64,000 nt of DNA from the human T2T-CHM13v2.0 reference genome, Homo sapiens. Every line of letters begins with the position of its first letter. The stretch's first letter is position 1. Shown piece by piece: positions 28,992 through 40,030 of this stretch. Location of the stretch: assembly GCF_009914755.1 (NCBI RefSeq), contig NC_060932.1; one strand, 5' to 3'. Below the pieces are notes generated by a model. The model was not told where the DNA came from, searched no databases, and was given only the letters and a program-made list of their open reading frames with translations. Made by a program: the position numbers and the translations under genes.

Positions 28992-29334
28992 ATCTGTTAG
29001 CCATGTGGGCTGCAAATACACAACCCAGAATGAGACTGGCATACCCACACAGGTGCAGGCAGTGCTGCTGGCTGGGAGTGCCCCAACCAACGCTAAGACG
29101 CAGAACAAAGGAGTCTCAGGGTCTCAGGGGAGTGCCCCGAGGAGGAAGGGTGCAGCTGAGCCAGACACTTCCAGAGTCAGAGAGAAGCAGAAACATCCTC
29201 TGGAGAAAACCCCTCCTCCTGGAAACCAGGAGTGGGGAAAGGCGTTCCCCTTAAATGTCATCTATGGCTGCTGAATGATGCATGTTTTCATTCACTTACT
29301 CATTCAGCAAACATTCACTCAGCATCTACCCTTT

Positions 29335-29938
29335 ATCAATTGTTTATTTCTATGGAAAAAACACCTGCCAAAATCTTAGCAGCATAAAACAACACAAATT
29401 CACTATCTCACAATTTCTGTAGGTCGGAAATCTAGTCATGGCCTCACTGGATTCTCTGCTCCGGGTCTCACTGGACTGAAATCAAGGTGTCAATCAGAGC
29501 TGCGCTTCTCATCTAGGTCTCAGGGTATTCTTTCAAGCTTGTTGGCTATTGGCAGAATTCATTTCCTTGTGCTTTTAGGACTGAGGTCCCAAGTGTCTTG
29601 TTAACTGTCAGCCAGGGTCTGCTCTCAGTTTCTAGAAGTGGCTCTCAGGTCCATCTTAGCAACAGAAAACCTCCCTCGTGTAAAATCCTTCTCATTCTTT
29701 GAATGTCTCTGACTTTCCCTTCTGCCACCAGCCAGAGAAACCTATCTGCTTTTAAAGGACTCATATGATTAGATCAGGCCTATCCAAATAATCTTCATAA
29801 TCTCCATATTTCAAGGGCAAGTGATTTGGCACTTTAACAACATCTGCAAAATCTTTTCACAGCAATGCCTACATCCATGGTTGATTGAATAACCAGGGAC
29901 TGGGAATCTTGGGGGCCATCTTTGAATTCTGCCTGCTA
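29335..29938 (-). mobile_element. MLT1E-like MaLR LTR
   Basis: AAAACAACACAAATT.ACTATCTCACAATTTCTGTAGGTC.GAAATC...GGGAATCTTGGGGGCCATCTTTGAATTCTGCCT. Confidence 0.7.
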
Positions 29939-30049
29939 TATATCCCATGTGAGGCAAGAAACAAGGACACAGAGATGACTATGGTGAAATACTCATCCAC
30001 AAGGGACTTATAGTAAAATGGATACAACAAATACAGAGAAGTAACTAGA

Positions 30050-30510
30050 TTATTGGGCAATAATTGCTAACTCAAGGTTAAGTGCAAGGTTCTGTAGGAC
30101 TTCAGAGGTGGCAGGATTAACTCTTTGGGAGAGTACAGGAAGGCTTCCTAAAGAAAGTGACATTTGATCTGTGTCTTGAAGGACCGAGGAAGAGGGAAGC
30201 CATTCCAGGTACAGGGTGCACCATTTACAAAGATGGAAAAGATCATGGAAAATGTAGGGAGTGACAAGGAACCCAGTGATGCTAAATTGTAGAAGACAAG
30301 ATTAGAAGAGGCAGAAGACTAGGCTGGAAATGCTGATTTGGACAAGTTTATGCAAGATCACTTCTGCTACCCCAAAGAAGTAGAAAGCAATAAAAGATTG
30401 TAAGCAAGGAGGTGACCAAGCAAGATATGTGTTTTGGTGACAGCATGGATAGTAGACATAGAAATTGGAGCCAGGGAAATCAGTTAGTTGGTGTTTACAG
30501 AATTTCAAGT
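30050..30510 (-). mobile_element. L2 fragment
   Basis: GGAAGGCTTCCTAAAGAAAGTGACATTTGA.CTG.GTCTTGAAGGA...CATTCCAGG. Confidence 0.55.
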
Positions 30511-30519
30511 TCCTTGAAC

Positions 30520-31566
30520 TGTCTTAAGTAAGGCTGCTATAGAACAAATAACCAGAGACTGGGTGGCTTAAACAAGAGAAATTTATTTCTCACAGTTTTG
30601 GAGGCTTGCAAGTCTAAGATCAGGGTGCCAGCATGATCAGGTTTGGGTGACAGCTCTCTTCCTGGCCATCTTCTTGCTGTGTCCTCACTTAGAGGGAAGC
30701 AGGGAGAGAGAAAGTGAGCTCTCCGGTGTATCCCTTTATAAGGGCACCAATCCCGTTAAAATGGGAAAAGTTCCCTTGTCCCCCTCGCAGGGCATGCAAT
30801 GAGGGTGTGGTTCGCTTCTTCAGTGCCCCGCTACTCAAACTTCTACAGGAGTGTACAGACAGGCAGGCCATGAGGCTTCGATCCCACGGCAGTGCCTAGG
30901 GGTGAATGTTTGTAGCTCCTGAAGCCCCAGTGGGTGTGTGTTACAGGGTGCTCTTTTAGTTTAGCTGTCTATAGGCGGCTTGTGTTAACCAGCTCAGTTA
31001 GACCCCCTTCCTTATCACAAGGACAGAGGGATTTCTTTATTCCAGGGTTTCTTGCCTTGGTGTACCAGAAGAATCTGATCACACGTGGGCTTGGAGAATG
31101 AGTGCAAGGTTTTATTGAGTGTAAGTAGCTCTCAGCAGATGGGGGAGCCAGAAGGGAGATGGTTTTCCCCTGGAGTCAGGCTGCTTAGCGGCCCAAATCT
31201 TCTCCAACTGCCACTCTCATCTGGCTGCCTGTGTCTACCTGCTGGAGTCTGGGGTTTTTATAGGACCAGGATGAGGGTGTGGCGGGCCAGGGTGGTCTTG
31301 GAAAATGCAACGTTTAGACACAAAAGCAGGAGTCCTCACCTAGCCTAGTCCTCACAAAAGCCTGTCCTCACCTAGGTCTGTAGGGGTGGAGCCCTGGCCA
31401 GGGACCCACATTTCTCTACCCAGCACTCCAGTATCACTATCAGGAAGGCCCCACCTTCATGATCTAATCACCTCCCAAAGGCCCCGCCCACTTCCTAATA
31501 TGATCACATTGAGGATTAGGATTTCAACATATGAATTGGGGGGCAAGGGAGCACAAACATTCAGCC
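30520..31566 (-). mobile_element. MLT1A0-like MaLR LTR split by an ERV1 LTR
   Basis: TACCAGAGACTGGGTGGCTTAAACAA.AGAAATTTATTTCTCACAGTT (left) and ATCTAATCACCTCCCAAAGGCCCC...GGATTTCAACATATGAATT...ACAAACATTCAG (right). Confidence 0.75.
30757..31436 (-). mobile_element. ERV1 solo LTR (LTR28/LTR1-group like)
   Basis: Minus strand starts TGATACTGGAGTGCTGGG, has TATAAAAA (31255-31262) and AATAAA (31111-31116), ends GGAACTTTTCCCATTTTA; degenerate 4-bp TSD CCGT/CTAT. Confidence 0.75.
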
Positions 31567-32074
31567 CTTCAACCCGTGGCACTGATTCTTATGCTCTCAG
31601 AGGGAGCAACATTGTAATAGATTCATACATGAAGAACTGTGACAGGCAGCCAGGTGTCAGCAGTGTGAAACATGTACCGCTTAAGTAGCATGTGTGGCCA
31701 TGAGATGGTTTTAAATGATGTCCAGGTACAGCACAAAATAGCTCTGACTCAGAGAAAGTTACAACTTTCAATTCTCTTCCCATCCTTTTAATTAGCTCAA
31801 GAAAAAATTCTCAGTTTGGTGCTACCCTGTCTCTAATAACCTTCTAACACCTTTCCCCTCCATCTCTACCTTCTGCAAATAAGAGTATCTAGCTAGCTCA
31901 ATAGTGCTGTTTTTTTTTTTCCCATGGTTATTTTCACTGTTACCTTTCATTGGTTCATTTGAAAATTCAATATTGGATTTTCTTGTTTCTATTGTGACAA
32001 AAGGCTTCTTTAGTATTAGTATGAAATAAGTGCATTTAAGTTTTAAAAATGTGAATCAATGTAAATAAAATGTT

Positions 32075-32399
<325 letters not shown>

Positions 32400-32489
32400 T
32401 AAATTAAAAATACTATAGGTAGTTCCTTTGCTACTGGGACAAAATTGGTGAAGGGGGTTTGCACATGAGTTAATTTGCAAGTCACAAGT

Positions 32490-32720
32490 ATAGTGGGAAG
32501 CAGGCAGGATTTGTAATCAATCAAATGTGGGCTCAAGACCTGCTTCTAACTTATCAGCTGTATGGCCCATGGATAATTCATAAGCTTCTATAAACTTCTG
32601 TTTTCTCCCACAAATTAAGGAGACAATATACTATTCAGAAGGTTGTTTAAAAGATTAAATTACATAAAGTATAAGAAGCACCTCCCAGGCAGCCATGTAC
32701 ATGGTGGGCACTTGCACTCC
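32490..32720 (+). mobile_element. MIR SINE (diverged)
   Basis: GGGCTCAAG.CCTGCTTCT..CTTATCAGCTGT...GGTTGTT..AAGATTAAAT. Confidence 0.55.
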
Positions 32721-33069
32721 CTATCACAGTGTATATCCTTAAATAATGGAAACCTCTGTTTTTGGCAACACCAAACAGGAACTTAACTCCAGTACCTACT
32801 GAGTATCTATGCTTGATAAATGAGTTCTTATTTGCTTAGGATCTGGGACCTGTGGCGCGGGATCCTTCATGAGCAACAACTAAAATCAAGAAAAGCTTTG
32901 ATTTGGAGAGTGGGCCAGCTCAGGCATCATGGACCAAGAGGCCTCTCTACCCCTTGTCCTGGCCTCCAATATTTCACAATGCTACCTATACCCTGCAGAG
33001 TTCAGGGGGAAGTAGATCTGAAATATTCAGATATATGTGCAAATAAAGACACGGATAATAACTCCCATT

Positions 33070-33572
33070 TTATTTATCTATCACTGTGTAATAAACCACC
33101 CCAAAAGTTAATAATGTTAAACAACTACAGTCTTATGATCATCTCATTATTCTGTGGGTTGACTAGGTGGAGCTGGATGGTTTTCCTCTACATAATGTCA
33201 GGTGAGACTAGAGTCAAGTGGGAGATCGATTAGGCTGGAGCATCCAAGATGGCTAAAGTCTGTGTATTAATCAGGATCTCAGGTGGAGCTATTGTCCCTA
33301 TCACCTTTGTTTTCACTCCATGTGGCCTCTCCATGAAACTTCGGCTTCTCACAGCATGGCAGCAGGACCCTAAAAGGAAGGAAACAGAAACTGCCAGTCT
33401 CTTAAGACTTGGATTTAGATGTCTCAGAATATCACTTTCATTGCATCCAAAGCAATCACAGGACCAGTCCAGATTCCAAGGGAGGGGAAGTAAACTCCAC
33501 CTCTTAATGGTGATGTATTTTTCAAAAAAGGAAGGAAAGGATTGAAAAAAGCCATCTTAGAAGACTACCACA
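33070..33572 (-). mobile_element. Old MLT1 MaLR LTR
   Basis: TGTAATAAACCACCCCAAAA...GGCTGGAGCATCCAAGATGGCT...CAGATTCCAAGGGAGGGGA...ACTCCACCTCTTAATGG. Confidence 0.7.
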
Positions 33573-33789
33573 CCTCCTAAAGCTTTCACTTTTTGCAAAA
33601 GGTTTTTATTCTTGAAATGTGTGTATATTTCAACTAAGCAAATATGTACCTAGGAATTTATCCTAAGGAAGTAATCGCAGATGATTCAAAAGATCTGACA
33701 CAAGGTTGTTCATTGGAATAAAATTGAAACTACCCAATGCCCAACAACAGGGGACCAATTAAGTCCAAAGGTGGTTGAGGACAGTGTTT

Positions 33790-34020
33790 TAAAAGTCTAT
33801 TCTCTGGGAAGCAGGTAAAATTAAGCTTAAATTCCAACTCCATTACTTAGCATCTGTGTGATGTCGAGCAAGGTACAGTACTTAAGCTCTTTAAGTCTCA
33901 GTTTCTATATCTGTAAAATAAAGACAAAATATAGATTTTTGTGATGATTCAATGAGATGATACATATAAAAGGCTCAGCACATGGTAAATGATCAATAAT
34001 TGTGAACTGCTATTATTATT
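33790..34020 (+). mobile_element. MIR SINE
   Basis: TTACTTAGC..TGTGTGA...AGTCTCAGTTTC.TATCTGTAAAAT...GATTCAATGAGAT. Confidence 0.65.
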
Positions 34021-36795
34021 TATGATAGTCCTTAGTGCTATCATATTAGTGCAAATCTTTCCCATTCTCTCCATTTCCAGGCACACAATACTTCCATGGA
34101 TCTTTACAGTTAACTTTGTGTTTAGTTCTGACCAATGAGTTGTAAGTGAAAGTGGCATACGTTACTTCCTGGCTGAACATTTACCTGTCCAACATTATTG
34201 ATTCTGAAGCTCCTAAATACTGTCAGATAACGGTCTGTCTACTCCATGAGTATACTTCAAGCAAACAGGGATCATACCACATAAAGCAAAAGCCACCTTT
34301 GTCTTATTCCTCATTGTTTTCTCTTTATATGGTGCAAGTTCAGTCCATGCTAAACTCTGAACAATTTTAAAACACTGCAACACATCAGAAGCCCCTCATC
34401 CTTGCTAGTGTCCATGAGATCCAAGTGCTCTGAAGATATGAGAACCCAGCAGACTGTTTAGAGGGTTACCTGGCTTCCCTCCCACCTGGCCCATTCCACC
34501 CTACATACAATCTGTCACCCAGCCAGAAGCAGGTGGCAGTGAGGTGGCAGCAAGGGAAACTTGGCTTATAGAAAACCCTCCTAAGTGATTGATCATCCAG
34601 AGGAGGTGCAGCCTCAAAATAGGAATAGCTTCGTTAAGGTTTGGGTAATTTCCATGGAAACAGACAGAACTAGACTTATTTTAAAGGGGGGGGGGCAGGG
34701 CGTGGAATAGCCTGGAAGGGGCATAATAAGGTAAGCGATGTAAAAATGTTGAAGTTGGTGTGGCCGGCGGGACGGGACAAGGCGGGGGAATGGGGGGAGG
34801 GTCCCATATTTTTTTCTTTTCTTTTTACAATTTTGGTTCACCCTGGGTGAGGCAGAGGTTGGGAGGAGATCAGGCAGCGGTAAATTCTGATGTTGATGGC
34901 AAGTAAATTAGGTTCTTAGCCGGTACCAAATGAGGCTGAGAAAGATGTGGCCCAAGCTGGATTACAGTCATCAAGAAGTTAACAGAATCCTGTAAGAGCC
35001 CCTCCAGGTCGCCTTTCAGGTCCGCGAGCATCACGCAAGAGACTCCTTCCCAGGATAGAATCTTGTTTTATGGGCGGTTAAAATGCAAACAAACAGACCC
35101 TACATCAGCAATAACCGAACAAACAGGTGCAGGCCATTAAGAAAGTTTTGCATATGAGCTGTTTTAATTTTTGTTGCAAAGGATTTCTGGGGAGTCAAGG
35201 GGTATGTCAGAAATTAGAGCCCTAGGGCAGAACTTACAAAAACCTTTTAGCTACTTCCTTCTCCCCGGCCTCGGAAATGAAAAAGCCAAAAGGTCACCCA
35301 GCGCATCCGCCACCCAGTCAGCCCCAAGGCCAGCCGTCCTCACCCCAGTCCGGGTCCTCGCCATTGGCCTCTCCGCTGCACACGGCCACCTGTTGATGCC
35401 CTCGCGCCCACAGCCGAGTTGCAAACGGCCGCTAGAGTTCGTTCTAATTCCCCAGAGCAGAGCTGCCCGGGAAGCCCCGACGCGACGCGCCTGCTAATCT
35501 GCAGGGCGGGCGGGGACTCCGCAGAGCCTCCCAGCCCCAGGCTCCCTTTGTTTTCTCGCTGCGCTCGAAGCTTCTAAACTAGCCCCCAGACCGCATCCCC
35601 TCGTCCCCGCCCGGGAGCTGCCCAAGAGTCCACAGGCCAGCCCAGGGGGAAACAAGGTACATCTGGGCAGGAATGCGCGGCGCAGACAGGTTGCCGCCTG
35701 AGATCCCGAAGTGTACCCAGATCCCGAATTCCTTAGAGCTCTTTAGCCGAGCACTGTGGCAGGAGCGCGGCGCCCGGAATACAAGTTCATGGTTCCGAGC
35801 CGGCGGGCGAAGGGCAGCGCGATCCCCCGCCACCTTTGCTCTAAGGCGCCTAGGGGAACCTGGGGGCTGCCGCGGTGAGAGCTCCGCTCCCACTGGGAAC
35901 ATTGGAGTCCCAGTTGCGAAAGCGACCCGCCTAGCTTCCGAGGGACTTCTCTGCGAGCACCGCAGGCGTGTGCATTTCTTCGAATCTGAGAATTCCAGCG
36001 AACTCGGGCTCTACCAGAGTTTAAGTCGGCCCCTGGGGCGTCTGTTTGTTTATTGGCTCTTAAGGGAAAAAAGTTTGAAGATCTTTAACCAGCCTCAGAC
36101 CTGGCGCGGGCGGAAATCCTGGAATCTCCCCAAGCAAAAGTGATATAACTTCAAGTCGTTATATAAGTGGGGGGCTCCTTCTTCCCCTCCCTACGCCGAG
36201 CCTTCTCATTATCATTCCGGGAGTAAAATGTGTCTCGCTCAACATAGTTTTAAAATCGTTATTATTATTTTCCTGAGCCTGAAGCCGGGCCAAGGCGCAG
36301 GCAGCGCCCAGGGTGCGTGGTGGCCCCACCCGCGCACAGTCCCACGCAAAGGGTCCCGGGGCCCGGGTACCGCCAGAGCCGGGCCTGCAAGCGCGCCCTT
36401 CGGTCCCACGGTCCGCCACTCCACGTGGTCAAGATCAACAGTTTGTTGAGCTCATCAGTGACACCTTGAACTTTTCATAAAGAAAATGGGTATTGCACGG
36501 AGACGGTTTGGCCGCGGCCGCCGCGCGGGGTCGTGCTTAATATTCAATGATCTCGCTCGCGCCTCCCCCTCCTCTTCTCGCAGAAATTCCACCGAGTCCG
36601 TTACTGGGCTCAGACTTTTAAGTTAATTTACTGCCCCCCTACCTTGGCCAGTAACCAGCGCCTTTAGGGCTAGCCTCCCCCCCAGCTCCTGCCTGAAAAA
36701 TGACATTTCGCCGGTGTCTCCGGAGGGGGCTGAATTTCACTTTGTAACTTTCTGCGGAACCCGAGCCCGGGTGGCAGCTCGGGTGGTGGTATCGT

Positions 36796-36820
36796 ATGCA
36801 AATACGCATGCTGACGTTAC
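36796..36820 (+). promoter_or_regulatory. Octamer (ATGCAAAT) plus CRE-like site next to presumed TSS
   Basis: ATGCAAAT 36796-36803 inside CGTAT-GCAA-ATACG dyad; GCATGC 36806-36811; TGACGTTA 36812-36819. Confidence 0.55.
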
Positions 36821-36824
36821 AGAT

Positions 36825-37117
36825 CATGTGGGTTTTGGCGTAGATTCCCCACTGATCGAGGCATTTTTTTTCCCTTTTTTTTTCCTTTTTTTTTTTCTTT
36901 TAAAAATTTTGGCCACCGTTCTCCGTACGGGGGCTTTTTCTGTCTGTCTGTCTGGCTGGCAGGCTGGCTTTCCCCCTCTTTCCCACGGAGCCCGAGCCGG
37001 GCGCCCGGTGGGGAGTGGGGAGTGGGTGGGGGGAGCCAGCAGAGTTCCATTTTGGAACGCCCGTGCCGCGTCTCCGCGTTCCCAGCCCGGGTCCCCGCGT
37101 TCACAGCCCCAGCGCAG
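36825..37117 (+). other. ZHX2: Non-coding first exon (5'UTR), probably ZHX2 exon 1; start approximate
   Basis: Lies in CpG island, ends at consensus donor CAG|GTAAGA (GT 37118-37119); no credible CDS; gene identity from recalled CDK5P1-ZHX2 adjacency and ZHX2 having untranslated 5' exons and a very long intron 1. Confidence 0.7.
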
Positions 37118-37412
37118 GTAAGAAACTTCGCCTCGGCGCGGAGCCCCCCAGCCGGCGCCGCCAGCCCCAAACCCCGCACGCCGGGCGCCGGCCACTCCAG
37201 CCCAACTTTCCCACCGCCGCCGTCGCCGCCGCGGCTCCCGAAAATGTGTTGTTAATGGGACTTGGCCGGGTTTGTGATTGGAAGGGGGGTACGGAAGGGG
37301 GGGGTGTGCAGGCTCTTTTTGCGGGTGGGAGGAAATGAGCGGATACAGAGAGGGAAGAAGATTTTTTTTTTAAGAGTTTTGATTACAAGTTTGGATAAAT
37401 GGGAGCCAGAGC

Positions 37413-37434
37413 GAGGAGGAGGAGGAGGAGGAGG
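37413..37434 (+). repeat. (GAG)7 trinucleotide repeat
   Basis: GAGGAGGAGGAGGAGGAGGAGG. Confidence 0.9.
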
Positions 37435-38214
37435 AAAAACATGTCTACGTTTCCCTATGTCGACATAAGCCACAAAAAAATATGGCGTCCGCTTTCGACA
37501 GGGCGTTACGTAGACCCGACTGTTTTTATTTATTTATTTCGTGGCCGTCTCCCTCCCTTCTTGGCCAAACTGCGGCGCTTTGTGCAAACGGGGCAGGTCC
37601 CGCGGGGACTCCACCGGGACGTGGCCCCGTCTCCGCGCGTTTTGGCAGGCGGGGGGCTGCGTGTGTCTGCTCCCCTCCCTCCCCCTCTCCCCTCGCTCCC
37701 CTCTCCCGGTGACGATTCGCCGTAATGTGGTGGCAGGAAGCATGACGCCGTGGGCCGAGGCTGCCTCTGCTCTCGTCGCTCCCGGCGGCTGCAGGCAGCG
37801 GGCGCGCAGCGCGGGCGGCAGCCGAGCTACCTGGCGGGGGCAGGGCCGGAGCGCGGCGCTGTCCTCACCCCCGCTCAGGTGCAGGGGGAGTCCGCGCGGG
37901 GCGGGGGGCCGAGGGCGGCCGCGGGACCCCCGGCCCTGCTGTCCGCTGCCAGCTGGCCGGAGCCTCTGCCAGCCCGAGCCCACGTTCGCCCCCCTGAACG
38001 GCAGCTGGCGCTTTTCGTCTGCCCCACAAGAGGTTAATCTTTGTTGGTGTTGCAGCTTCTTTGTGGCTTCCCCAGGACTTGTATCCTCGGCTTTGCAAAC
38101 TTGCCCTTTTCCCAGCCGCTTTGCAGGAGGCTGCGGAGACGAAGATGAGCGGAAAGTTGGAAACCAGCAGGCATCACAGGACGGTCCCTTTGGCCTCGTA
38201 GCTGTGCTGAGCCT

Positions 38215-38254
38215 GGGAGGCGGAGGAGGAGGTGGAGGCGGCGGCGGAGGAGGG
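38215..38254 (+). repeat. Interrupted (GGN)13 repeat
   Basis: GGAGGCGGAGGAGGAGGTGGAGGCGGCGGCGGAGGAGGG. Confidence 0.85.
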
Positions 38255-39409
38255 TTTGTCAGGCTGGGGAGAAAACTTGATGAGGAAGCCAAATTGTGAT
38301 TTGTTCAGGTTTCCACCTGATTGATAGTCTTCAAAGCCAGTAGGTCTCTACCTTCAACTGTTTCGCGGTGGCCTTTTGTTTGTCTGGGGCGTGGAGAAGG
38401 AGAGAAGTCGATGAATAAGGACTTTCCCTCGACCCCTCCCCTTTTAAAGAGTGGTTGCTCAGCTTGGCCCCCTGGGACACTGCCTTTTAGGCCCTGGAGT
38501 TCTTCCCCAACCTGCTCTCTGATCACTTTCTCTCTGTTAAGTTACCAGATCTCCAGGTCTCAGGCAGGCCCCGATGAGCAGAATGGAGTTAGAGGAGAGG
38601 ATTCCTTCCCCCAGCACTTCTTGAATTGCCCAGACCTCCCACAATTACCCTCTTAAAACCACACACACACACACTTACTCACTCTCTCCTTTATATATGG
38701 CAGAAATTAATGCCTGTAGAAGTGAAGGGGGTGAGGTTCTGAGAGCTCTTCAAGATTTGAGTCAAAAGGTGATTTTCTGTTTATGAGGGCAGCGAGTTTA
38801 AGCAGTTCACTCCCAGGGCAGTAATGTCAAAAAGCGTTTGGATGACGACCAAGTGGAATAAATATCTTGTAAAATGGCATGTTTAATAGTAAAAATAGAT
38901 TAATGGAGCTGTCAAGTGGTTGAATGGGACTACCATAAAGGTTTAAGTTTAAAGGGAAAGTTATGTAAAGCTGTATACACAGCTTCTTTTAAGGCCAGAA
39001 GGGAAAAAATCTACAAGTAAGGCTGAAATGTGTCACTGACAATAATTGGACTGGTGATGTGTGGAAATATCATCGCTGTTTAAATGCTCTGCTCCGCGAT
39101 TGTTCTCTTGCGCACTTGTACCTTTCCTTCTAGCCAGGTTTGCTGTCAGCTAAAGGATGCACCTGAAGATTGTGCTTCAGGGGAAAATGCAAGAAACCAA
39201 GATTCTGGGGCACATCAGCTATCTCAACTAATGTCCATTTGAAGGGGGAAAACACCACTGTTTGTTGGCACTGAAGAAAGGGTATTCCTGTGATGTAAGT
39301 GCAGTGTATCTTGACATGCTGAAAGGTGGCCCCACCCGGCGTTTCTCATCCACATCAGGACCATGTGATTTGGTGGGATGCTGTACACTTATCAAAAATA
39401 ATCATGGCA

Positions 39410-39630
39410 ATGTTTGATAACAGTTTCTAACACTGTTATGGTGTGTGAGGCACAATGCTGTATATTTTACGTGCTTTATCATTTAATTCTCACCACAATC
39501 CTGTGAGCTAAGTACTACTATTATCCTCCGTTTATGGTTGAGGAAACAGAGGCTCCAAGAGGTGAAGAAACTTGCCTGAGCGACACAGCAAAAAGCAAAT
39601 CCAGGCCTAACTTCATAGCCTTAACCAGTC
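39410..39630 (-). mobile_element. MIR SINE
   Basis: CATTTAATTCTCACCACAATCCTGTGAG...TGAGGAAACAGAGGCTC..AGAGGTGAAG.AACTTGCC. Confidence 0.7.
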
Positions 39631-39829
39631 CATTGTAGCAGCATTCAGATACACGACGTCACAGTTAGAATAAAAAAGTAAAGGGTCAGGTCCAGCAGAA
39701 AAGAGGGAACAGTAGCCACTGTCCTGAGGTCCGAACTTCAGAATTTACCTGGATTTTATTCCTTTATTCATTTATTTAGCAACTGTGTGTTGATTTATTT
39801 ATTCATTCAGCAACTATAATGTTCATTAT

Positions 39830-40030
39830 ACTAATAAGAACCCATAGCCATTAAGCATTTTTGTATGCCAGGCACTATCCCAAGTGCTTATGACTAGACT
39901 ATTTTGTCTTCATGACAACTCTGATGTAAGTACTCTCATTCTCTCCTTTTTCTAGATGAGGAGGCACAAGCCCAGGTAAGTTAGCTAACTTGCCCAAGTC
40001 CAAACAGCTAGTAAGCGGAGTGGCAGCCCC
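39830..40030 (-). mobile_element. MIR SINE
   Basis: GTATGCCAGGCACT...AGATGAGGA...AACTTGCCCAAG.C.AAACAGCTAGTAAG. Confidence 0.7.

Larger units (their letters stand above)
34740..38300. promoter_or_regulatory. CpG island / promoter (probably ZHX2)
   Basis: Sharp rise in GC and CpG density versus CpG-depleted flanks (densest 35300-38250); repeat-free; GC boxes (GGGCGG), E-box CACGTG 36422-36427. Confidence 0.92.

Noticed and set aside
37534-38299. Overlapping 252-aa ORFs on both strands (poly-Gly / poly-Pro)
   Set aside because: Stop-poor GC-rich CpG-island sequence, non-ATG starts, low complexity from a GGN repeat, no recognisable domain.
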